From: Felis catus
Taxonomy: Eukaryota
Length of the DNA: 64,000 nucleotides
Reading direction: 5' to 3'
Assembly (NCBI RefSeq): GCF_018350175.1
Contig: NC_058383.1
Location: 3,534,001 to 3,598,000 of the forward strand
Shown here one piece after another: positions 12,430 to 22,872 of the stretch (its first letter is position 1; each line of letters opens with the position of its first letter). Both the position numbers and the translations under genes were made by a program. Under the pieces are notes generated by a model. That model was not told where the DNA came from. It did not search any database and saw nothing but the letters and a program-made list of their open reading frames with translations.

Positions 12430-13452
12430 ACAATGGGGTTTTCTTACAACAAAGCCTCTACTCTGGGACCAGGACAGTGTTTCCTGAGGCGCTGGTGACA
12501 TCTTATAGACAGTGCCTGTGTAGGGGTCACGGGGAATCGCCCTGCGTCCCTGTCCCCAGACAGACTTCGTGACCCTGCAGCCAGGGGTCCTGGGGTGCCC
12601 TTTGTCCGTCTGTCTCGCCACAGCTTGGGTGGTTCTTGTCCTTATCTGCTGAGTATCCCAGAGGAAACACCAGAAGCAGAGCCCCTGGCCCCCTGGCTGG
12701 CATGTGGCCGCTGCAGCCGTCCCCATACTCGTTAATCAACAGAAATTGATGGGAGGGAGAATGTGGGCTGGGCCTTGGCTGAGAAGCGGATCCCAGTTCG
12801 GGTGAAATTCTGAGCCCAGGGCCTGTCTTACCGCCATTCATATTCCACGGGGTGTCTGAAGGGCGATGGGCACCCAGCCTACCCTGGGCCCGTCACATGC
12901 CAGCAGACGCTGGGGGGGGGGGGGGACGCCCAGGGGCTCCAGCTTAGATCTGAGTCAGGGCAGAGTGGGGCCGACCTGGCATGCAGAGCAGCCTGTGGTG
13001 GGGGGCAGTGAGGCTGCCACAAGCCCAGGTGGCCATCAGGGACAGGGCGGGGTCAGCCCGTGGATGAGGCAGAGCCGGGCTGCATGCATAGTTCTCGTGA
13101 GTCCCGGGTTCACCAGGCAACGGGCAGCTCCCTCGCCCCTCTGCGACCTGGGCGTGGTCCCCTGCCCACGGGGGCTCCTACAGGCTGCACGCGGGTCACG
13201 AGGCCCGGTGCCCACACACCGACACCAGAAAACCTGGGCCCTCAGAGAAGGCTCCACAGCCTGGCCCTCTGCCTCAGGGTCCCCTGTGCTCCTCTGTGTG
13301 AATGTGCACTGGCCCTTTTGTTCGTAAATAACCAAGAGCCGCCTGTTTGAATCAGTGACGCCCCCCCCCCCCCCCCCCGTGCTGTTGGCTGACTCAACTT
13401 GAAGCAGAGGTCGCCAGACCCCTCCGGTGGGCTGACCGTGATGTATTTGCAG

Positions 13453-13588
13453 CCTCCGAGAGACGAGAGCCTGAACGGCCTCCTCCAGGGATACCGGATC
13501 TACTACCGGGAGCTGGAGTCCGAGGCCTCCGCAGCCACGGCCTCCAAGACTCTCAAAACGCCCTCGGCTCTACGGGCCGAGCTCACAG
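13453..13588 (+). CDS. SDK1: SDK1 exon C (136 nt)
   Basis: ttgcAG|CCT...ACAG|GTgaga; PPRDESLNGLLQGYRIYYRELESEASAATASKTLKTPSALRAELT; phase 0 to 1. Confidence 0.96.
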
Positions 13589-15095
13589 GTGAGACGCTTT
13601 CCCCTTCCCAGAGGAGGCACCGCCGCGTGCTCCCAGGCGGGCAGCGAGGGCCCCGGGAGACCAGTGTGCATGTTTCTGCATGCAAGGCATGGTGGGAAAT
13701 GCCCTGAAGGGCCAGGGGAGATGCCGCTTGCCTCCGGTGAACGCAGCCACTGGGGCGGACGGGTCCCTGCAGCAGCCCCGGCATGCAGAGAGGTGTTGGC
13801 CCGTGGAAAACACGGGGTGGGGGGCGGGTAACCAGGGAGGCTTTGCAGAGCAGGAGTCCCGGGAGATAGGTTGCCCCGGAGACGGATTTCACCGAGGACA
13901 CCAGGGAAGGCGTGACTCACAAGGGCCCCTGCAAAGCTAAATGGTCAGGAGCCCTTAGGCGGGAAGAGCTGAGGGGCTCCTGGACGGCCTCACCCAAGCC
14001 CCTGGTGCGTCAGGCTGGTGGGGTGTGGCCGGGAGGGAGGAGACCGGCCGGGCCCTCCGGGGGTATCGCGCCGCTGGCCGCTGCCCGATGGGGTCCATTC
14101 AGGGGGCTCCCCGGCCTCGGTGCACGCACAGCTCTCGCGTGGAGTGGCGCCTCCTCTCTCCCGGGGCCCATCCGCCTGCTCACCCCTGCTCCTGGTACCC
14201 CTGGCTCGGGCTAGGACTTGGATGCAACAGCGGCAGAGGCAGCTTCTGGAACTTCTGGAAAGGCCGCTGCTCTCTCCCATCCTCCTCTCTCAGAAGGGGG
14301 TCAGAAGGCGTCCCCCAGATGGTGTCCCAGAAGGTACTTCTGGCCCCTCAACCTCCTTGTGGCTTCAGAGCGTGCCGCTCGGGGACCACATGCCCGCTGT
14401 CTGCCACCGACCACCAAGGGGTCTCAGGGCCGCGGACCCACAGCGGCTCGAGGCTGCCCGCCCCAGGCGTGGTGCTGACAGGAAGAAGTGACATCTGTTG
14501 CCCAGGCTCTTGGCCACCCCGCCCCCACCCCACAGGTGTTCCCTGCTGATGGCCAGACAGCGTCCCCCCCCCCCCCCCGGGGCTTTGTAGCAGATTCGAA
14601 ACAACAAAATAAAAGGAGCCAGGATGTGGTTGGGTCCTTGGTTTGTGCTCTTGGTTTGTGGCTTGCCGGCCCACATCAGAGCGGGGCTCTTACCTGAGCA
14701 CAGGCAGGCCGACAGCCGTACTTGCTGTGGGGCGTCTGGAAGAGTCGGCACCCTGGGAGAAGCCCGTCTCCTGTCTCCTCTAGTGTTGTTTGTGCTGTTG
14801 TGGCAGATTCTAATCCTATGCGTTTAATCAGAGGGTAAGCGCAGGCCCCACCCGTCACGGGCCGGGCGCCTGGCTGTCGCAGGAAGAAGTGCAGCCCCCC
14901 CCACCGCCCCCTGCCCTGGTGAGCCCCGAGGAAGTGCTCAGGCGGCGGCGTGGTCTCTGTGGCCCTTGGACGGGCAGCGTGGGAGGCACAGCGGCTGCCG
15001 AGCGAGGCGCCGTCCCCTCCGTCTCCGCGGCCCATCGTTTGCAATAACCGCTCCCCGCGTGCTAACTGCCTTTCTGCCTTGCTCGCCCCTAATAG

Positions 15096-15155
15096 CCCAA
15101 AGCAGCTTCAAGACCGTGAACAGCAGCTCCACGTTAACGACATATGAATTAACAC
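15096..15155 (+). CDS. SDK1: SDK1 exon D (60 nt), probable cassette exon
   Basis: gctaac at 15061, aatAG|CC...CAC|GTaagt; (A)QSSFKTVNSSSTLTTYELT; symmetric phase 1-1. Confidence 0.92.
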
Positions 15156-15459
15156 GTAAGTGCACGCCGCCTTCAGCAGGAGGCGCTGTGACCGTGGGGC
15201 AGGCCGGGGCCAGCGCCAGTTGGCCTCTCGGTGGACCCAGTGAAAAGCAGCTTGGATTAACGCCTCTAATTTCTGGAATTTCCCCTCTCAAACGCTGTTC
15301 TCAACACACTAAAACCATCAGGGAGACAGGAAAGGAAACTTCTAGAAACTGAGGCTGGGAAGGGGTTTTCCTGACAGCGGGTCTTTGACTTTGGGACGGA
15401 AAGGAAAGTCAGGTTGAGCGAGATCTCCCGTCTGGCTCCCTGTGGCCTTTTCTTGTTCC

Positions 15460-15720
15460 TCTTTTTTTGACTGTGGTAAAATACCCATAAAATTTACCGT
15501 CTTAGCGGTTGGGAAACGCGAGGCTCAGGAGCCGTAAGCTTGCTCCCACCACCATGCGCCCGTCACCGCCAGCCCCCAGAGCTCCTTTCTCTCCCATAGT
15601 GAGACCCTGTCCCCCCACCCAGCCCCTGGCGCCCACCTTCCACTTTCTGTCCCTGCGTCTGAGCCCTCGGGGACACATACGAGCGAAACCACACAGCCCT
15701 TGTCCTCTTCCCCTTGGAGC
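15460..15720 (-). mobile_element. Old L1 (L1MB-like) 3' end fragment
   Basis: tgtggtaaaatacccataaaatttaccgtcttag...agcccctggcgcccaccttccactttctgtc. Confidence 0.7.
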
Positions 15721-17046
15721 TCGGTCCCTGCTGGAGCCTGCTCGAGACACTGTTCCTTCCCAAGGCTGAGCGGCGCCCCACTGCGTGCACTCAGCCCATG
15801 TTGGCCATCCGTCCGTCCATCGCCCCTTCCCTTTGGTGGCACCACGTCACTTGTCCTTGTGTTCCTGGTCCTCACAGGGTCTCACGGTCCAAATGTGGGG
15901 CCAAGGGGGCCCCCGATGGGACCCCCTTCCGTGCAGGGAGCCTCCCTGGACTGGAATGTGGGTACAAGGGGGGTGCTCTCCCAGGGCTTACCAGTGCCAT
16001 CCCATCGCATCCCAGTAGTGCCCAGGCAGGCCTCAGGCGAGCCATTTTCTCCTCCTCCACACTGCGCCCCAAACACTCCCCATCGTCTGTCATCTGCCCC
16101 ACGTCCCCATCTACTGCCTGGCTCCCTGTGTGCACGTAATACATCCCAGGCTGAGGATCAGCTCAGAGGGTTAGGTGCAGCCCAGGTTCCAGAGATGAGG
16201 CTTCCCGGCCGGACCTCACTCCGGCCTTTTCAGTCTGGGTTCTGAAGCGAGAGAGGGGCCCCACTACACCCTGTCCACATACGCCCTGGCTTGTCTCAGG
16301 TAACACTGAAGAGCCCCACGGTCCCAGGGTGGAGACTAACAAGCTACGGCGGTGGGTTCCGAGGCATCAGGGCTTCGGCAAGGCTGAGAGTGAGGGGGAG
16401 GCCCCTGCTGGGCCCGGTGGGCACCTCTGTGAGGCTGGGGTGGAAGGAACTCGGCGTCCTGAGGCTCCGAACCTCTGCTGACCGGCGGCTCGCTAGGAGG
16501 CACGTTGCGAAGCCTGGCGCGAGTCACCACTCAGGGGGTCAGACCCGCACGTTGGGCTTCAGGAAAGCCAGGCTGTGACGAAACAAGATCCACCAGCGGG
16601 AGAACCTTCCAGAATGTTTTGGCTCAAAGGTCGGCTGCTTTTGCCGCGTGCCCTGTGTAATCCTATATACGTGGCTTCGCACACCCTTCTCTTCCCAGGA
16701 TGTGGTTGTTAAAGACTCCGAGGCCAACGTATTTCCTTTTTAACCACCAGGGTCTCACTCTGTCAGTTCTTACAGAGAGATTCTGGACCCAGCGGCAAAG
16801 CCCACGTCACACTCTGTCACCTCGATTCTTTCCTCCGAAGGGGGCCTTGCTGCTGAGTGCAAGTGGGACGGGTCTCTGCTGCTGCACAGGGTGACCTTTA
16901 GTCCCGGGCCAGGGAAGGAGGAGGAAGGAAACGCTCGTGACGTGCCCCCGCGGCTCCCGGGTGGCACCGCCCCCTTGGTGTGGTTCTCAGGCGGGGAGAT
17001 GGGCCCGGGCCCGGGCGAGCTGACCGCTGTCTCCTTTGACCCGTAG

Positions 17047-17148
17047 ATCTGAAGAAATACCGGCGCTATGAGGTCGTCCTGACAGCCTACAACATCATCG
17101 GTGAGAGCCCAGCCAGCGCGCCCGTCGAGGTCTTTGTTGGCGAGGCCG
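17047..17148 (+). CDS. SDK1: SDK1 exon E (102 nt), FN3 end
   Basis: cgtAG|AT...GCCG|GTaagt; (H)LKKYRRYEVVLTAYNIIGESPASAPVEVFVGEA; phase 1-1; missed by the ORF track. Confidence 0.95.
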
Positions 17149-18489
17149 GTAAGTTCCCAGCGCCCCTGAGCTCCGAGAGGCCTGGCCTGGCGCTCTCGGG
17201 TGCCAAGCGTGATGCTGGAGGACAGGAGGTTTCCAGGTCACCGCTGGGCAAGTCGGGATCTGCCAAGGGCTGGAAAGTCCCGACGGCTGGGGTGATGCTT
17301 CCCAGTCTTGCTTCCAGGCCCGACGGTTTGTTTGGCATCTGGAGCCCTCCCGCTCACCAGGACGTGCTCCAGGGGAGACAGGCTGCGGCCTGCATGGGCA
17401 TCCGGGCATGTGGGGACCTTGGCATCTGCAGGGGATGCTTGTACTCTATCGCCCTCGGTCCCTGGCTGGGCCTCAGCCTGACCTCCTGGCAATGGCCCCA
17501 TCTCAGGCCTCGGAAAGCCACCCGGATCGTTGCTTGTACCCCTTTTAGATAAGATGTGGATCCTGAGTTTGTTTCAAGGGCTGTCCCTTCCGTAGAAGCA
17601 TCGTGTCGCGTTGAGATCGGCTCGGGCTTCCGTCCCCTGCCTCCCCTCCGGCCCGAGGGCCCTTGCCCGCTCTCCTCCTCCTCTGCTGGGGGAACCCAGC
17701 TCACATCTGTGGGGGCAGTGAGCGGGCTGTGCTCTGGGCCGGGAACCACCAGAACTCCCCTGAGCACAGAGCCCCAGGCTCGGAGAAGGAGGTCCGGCCA
17801 CTGGGCCCGCCCACAGAAACGCGTCAGGTGACCTTTTGCAATTCGGAGAGGTTACAGTCATAAACCAGATGGCAGATGGCAGATGGCAGCGCCGGGGGCC
17901 TAACTTGGCAGGCTTTTTCTGGAAAGGCCAAGCAAGGGATGAGGGAAAGAGATGCTTGAAGCACAGGTTCCATTGGCCTCTCTTCACATCTGTCCCCACG
18001 GGTTCCTCAGAGCCGACGGTGTGGGGGCTGGGCAGTCGGAGTTCGGGGCAGATGCCCCTGGCCTCCCAGGAGCACACGGAGGCCAGGCAGGAGCACGGGC
18101 AGGGAGGGGACGAGGCACCCGCCGCCTGTAAGCGTGGGGCTCCAGTCCCATTCTGGCACCTGGGCCCATGTGGGTCACCAAGGCGGGTGGGTAGAGGGAG
18201 GGCATGGCCAGCCAGCTGGGATCGGTGGTGCCTGAACTGCCCAGGTGGGGCCTGGGCCCCTTGTCTCCCTCCCCCTCGTTGGCTCTAGCTGCACCCGAGG
18301 CCGGGGGTCGCTAGAGGCAGAGCCTTAAACCCAGAGACCAGGGCGGATGCTCAGGGAAAGGGCTGCGGCCAGGGAGGGAGGTAGGTGGGCGCCGGGAGCC
18401 GTGTCGGCCGGCCACGTCACCCCGGGCCGGAAGCCCAGCTCCGCGCTCTATGCCGCGGTGGCCCATCGGCTTGTCTTGGGCCGTGGTCA

Positions 18490-18910
18490 GCTGTACACGA
18501 CGTAAACTCTGCCGTCCCAGCCGCTCAGCGGCCTGGGGCACATTCACGATGCTGTGTGCGGAGCCCCGTGTTCCCAGAGCCGAGCCCTCGCCATCCGGCG
18601 GTCCCTCCCCTCTCCTCTGCCCCCCCCCCCGGCCGCCACCCCCACTGAAGCCTGTCTCGCCCGTATGGAGTGTCTGATACGAGTGGAATCAATCCCACGA
18701 TGTTTGTGCTCCTGTGCCTGGCTTCTTACACTGAACGCGTTTTCGAGTTTCGTAGCACATGTCGGCACCTCGTTCCTTCTCGTGGCTGTGGAGTATCCCG
18801 CTGTGCACACACGCGTTTTCTCTCTCTGCATCCGCTGACGCACACTTGGGTTGTCGCCGCCGTTTGGGTTTTGGGAGAAGAGCCGCTGTGAATAATGGCG
18901 CACGGGGATT
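18490..18910 (-). mobile_element. Old L1 (L1MB-like) fragment
   Basis: gagtggaatc...gcctggcttcttacactgaac...ggctgtggagtatccc...cacttgggttgt...gctgtgaataat. Confidence 0.7.
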
Positions 18911-20814
18911 TTCCAGCGGCGCTGAGCTGACGCCGAGCCCCGGTGGGCAGGAGGCCGCAGGCGGGGCCCGGGCCCCTTGTCTCGCTCCCCTCTCCGGGAG
19001 GGGTCCCCGCCCCGGCTCTTCCCTCCAGGCCAGTCCTGCCGCCCCCCTCGCCCCTCACGCACCTGCGCCCCATGCTGTCTCCCCACCTCGCCCGGCCTCA
19101 GCCTCCTGGACCCGTCACCCCCAGGAAAGGGAGGCTCTAGCCACCGAGCCCGGGCTCCAGGGCCATCTGGCCCCACGCACACGCTCTGGAGAGCCAGCCG
19201 TCTTGCCAAGGGCACTTGCAGGAGGTACCAAGAAGGGCTTTAAAGCCCCCAAGCGGACTTGTATGCAGTGTGTGCAGCACTGCTCCCCCGGAGCCCTGGA
19301 TTCCTCCCCCTGCCGCCCAGGACCCTGCTCCAGCGGCTTCTTCTCCAGAAAGCTCTCCAACACCCCCCGCAGGAAGAGTTCCACGTTTCTCCCTCTGTGC
19401 CCGGGTCCTTGGGCGCTCGGCGAATACCTCTGCCTTCCCTTGTCAGATGGGACTGGCCTGGCTTCCTCTTCACGGGACCACGACCACGCGTCTCAAGATG
19501 CTCCTCGTCCCGAGCTTAGGACCAAAGGGGACCTGAACGCCTTTACTGTCCTGCGAACAGAGGCCCCCAAACGCCCATGAGGATGAGGCAGGAGAGCAAC
19601 TTCAGGGACTCCTGGCACCGGGAGGCGCCCACATCAGCTGCCATGAAGTGGATGGAATTCGTGTCTCAGGGCGGGCGGGAGTAAGTGGGGGGCAGGGCTA
19701 ATCCGTGATGCCTCATCCTGAAGCAAAGCGACGAGTGACGGCGGCATCTGCCCCTGACTGCCGTGACCCCCGTACCTCTGCTGCCCGAGGCACCCTCGTG
19801 CGGTGGCCATGCTTCTCCACGGAGCGCTCTTCCTGACACAAGGGAGGGGAGGGCGGCGAGGCAGGGTGCAGGAGCGAACCCTTGGGAAGCGGGCAGCCAG
19901 GGTGCTGGGAGGCCACCCCTTCCCTCCCCCGGGCAGACAGCGGGGACAGGGACCAGACGAGCCCGCTAAGTGCCAAGGTCCAGGCTCTGCGCCAGGGGAT
20001 TCCCCTCGGAGCCACACGTGAAAACCCCCAGGCACGTGGCCCCACAGGTCTGCTCTCCCCGCACGACCTCGGATGGGTGACGGCAGGGAGGGAGGTTGTG
20101 TGTTTGCTGCTTCCACCATAATGTGGGTTCCAGCCTCCCGAGGACACAACACAGAGGCAGAGAGGGCGGGCGGACACCAGGAGAGGGGGTGCCGTGCACC
20201 CCGGGGGAGAAAGGGTGAGACCTGCCTGCCTGTGTCGGAGGGAAACGGGCACTGACCAGGGTCTGGGCCCTAAGGTTCGGGACTCGGGAAGGAGCAGGAC
20301 CACGGCCCCAGGTGATGAAACGGGAGGGCATTTGGTATTTCGGTGGAGAAGACAGGGAAGCAGGCTTCTCGGTGCTCATGTTAGCTGCCCTGGGGCCGCA
20401 GGGGAGTCCGTCCCTTATACCTGGCTGTGTGACCACGGGCAAGTCACTTAACCGCTCTGGGCCCAGCCTTGAGGTATCACGGAGCAGAGGGGAACGCTGT
20501 GAGCTAAGACTAAGGCGACTTGGGTCCTCGTGCCGGTTCTGCCCCTGACTCGTCTGTCCCGCCCACAGGATGAATGTGCGTAATGTGACAGACAGGGCCG
20601 GTCAGTATTTGTGAACAGATGATTGAGACCCTGGATCAGACACTCGACTTGCCGGGCCTCATCTGCAAAGCAAGGTGTTTTGAGTCAAAAGGTCTCAGTC
20701 TAGCCCAAATGTATAATATTCAAGTCTGTTTCATTTCACGGAGACAAGGTGATTTTGAGGAAATTTCTCGTTGAGATTGATTTCTGAGTCTGGGCATTAC
20801 AAATCGATAAAGAT

Positions 20815-21260
20815 AATACATCAGCAGGGACTCCAGTTTGCAGGAGATAAAAACCCAAGGCATACAGGCTTAAGCTGAAAGAATCATTTATTAACTCACA
20901 TAACAGAAAACAGCTGAAGAGCCCGGATACCGGTTCAGGCATGGCTGGATCCAGCATCCTAACAAGCTGGAATGCTGTCCCCTGTTGGTTCTACTCTCCT
21001 GTTTGCTCCTGTTTTGGGCAGGCTTCTCATCTCAGTGGCCCTGCAGCTCCAGGCAGCAGGAAGGGAGTTTGCCTTCAACAGCGCCCACAGGGGAAACCCC
21101 CTGGCCCTCCCGAGCCTGCCTTTATGACCCATCTGCATACCAGACGCTGTGGCCAATGGCCTGAGGTCCGCAAAGCCGGCGATGTCATCTGTACCTGAAG
21201 CACAGGGACCGAAGGGGAGGGAGGATCCCCAGGGGAATGGGTGCTCACTGTAGCAGGGTG
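20815..21260. mobile_element. Old MLT1 (J/K/L-like) LTR fragment
   Basis: ggcttaagc..atttattaactcacataacagaaaa..ttcaggcatggctggatccag. Confidence 0.6.
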
Positions 21261-22663
21261 CATAGCACTGGTGGCAGAGTTTGCCAAGCGGCCAGAACTC
21301 TCCCTGGGAGAGGTGCAGAGCCCTGTCTGGGGATGCCGTGGCATGGCTGCTGCTCCCGTCGTCCAGGCCCCTCTCTGTGTCCTCGGTTCCGGAAAGGAGC
21401 CCACATCCTGGCCTCCGAGACACATGGCACTCAAGGATGGGCCCCCACTTGCGGGATCAGGCTGCTCTCCTGCCCTGGGCCAGGGCCGGGCACATGAGCC
21501 CCTGCCTGTATTTCCAGGCCTCCCAGGCCACTCTCCCCTGGAGCGAACACCAGCTCTGCCTCCCAGAATCCCTGCTCTCGCCTCCCATCCCCGGGAAGAC
21601 CCCAACCTTCCTACAGCCCGGGCTCGGGGCTTGCACCTCGGGGGAGTAGCTGCCTCCCCGACTCTGTGGGCAGACCCCGTGTTCCCCACCCTGTCCCAGA
21701 ACATGCTGCACACACAGCCTCCTGCACTTCCCGTCTGCGTTGTGTCTGTGCACCCCATGGAGCGGAGAACCCACCCGATTCACCCCAACGTCCTCAGGAC
21801 TCTGCCTGGAACACAGCAGTACTCTGGAGCACTGTGGGCGGGCGGGGGTGGGGGTGGGGGGAGTGGGAAGCCAGCAGCCCAGCTCAGAGGCACAGACACC
21901 AGAGACAAATGACAGCAGGCGGCACCCCAGAGGGTGGAGACCCTGGGTCAGGGACACGCGTGGAGGTCCCAGAGGGAGGCTTCCCCTGGGAAGCCCCAGC
22001 TCCCATTTGCCCCGCGGCCGCTGTTCGTTCAGGGAGGACAGAAGCCTAGGAGCCCTGACACTGTGAGGGCTTCTCACAAAACTCAGCAGAGCAGACCTGA
22101 CTGGCCCCAAACCAAGCCCCAGGGCTTTCCATTCAGATCCTCTTCCACTCTGATCAAGAAGTGATCCCATCATGAATGCTTGGGGGTGACCCGTGGGGCC
22201 GGAGCACCTGCTCCCCCTGTGATGGTGGGGGTCGTGGAAGCAGAGGACCCTCCCACTCCTGCAGCCAGGAAAGGGGGATGACGGCACTCATTCTCACAGT
22301 GTGGGGACCCCTCAGCCCATCGGCACCTGCCCCGACCCGCCAGCCCAGCAGCCCCCGCTCGGCTCTGCTATTGTCTGCTGCAGCCCGTCCCTGCCGCTGG
22401 TGGGCTCTAACCGAGCCGCCTTATTTGGGAGGCAGGGGGTGTTGCGAGAGCCTCTGTGGATTGGGGTTAGATTTCCTGAGGCCTCTGTCACAGGGTCATG
22501 GTGAAGATCCGGTGAGACTGAAGAACGAGAGGTTCCTGGCCTGGCGCCCTGGTCCAGGGACGCATGGACAGCTGTCATTCCACCTGCCCTTCAGCGGTGG
22601 GGCAAGGTGAGCCGCTCCTGACCGCCTCTAGCTCTGCCTCCCCTCTGAGCCTCGGCCCAGTTT

Positions 22664-22872
22664 CGTTTTGTTGTTAATGTTTATTTTTGAGAGACAGACA
22701 GAGCGCAAGTGGGGGGTGGGAGAGCAGAAATAAAGGGGACACAGAATCCCAAGCAGGCTCCAGGCTCTGAGCTGTCAGCACAGAGTCCGACACGGGGTTG
22801 TACCCACGAACCCCGAGATCATGACCTGAGTCGAAGTCAGATGCTCAACCGACTGAGCCACCCAGGCGCCCC
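22664..22872 (-). mobile_element. CAN-SINE (feliform type)
   Basis: aatgtttatttttgagagac...aagcaggctccaggctctgagctgtcagcacagag...gactgagccacccaggcgcccc; flanking gcccagttt duplicated. Confidence 0.93.

Noticed and set aside
21836..21870. G-quadruplex motif, one of many
   Set aside because: Such G-runs are common throughout this GC-rich window and none is distinguished
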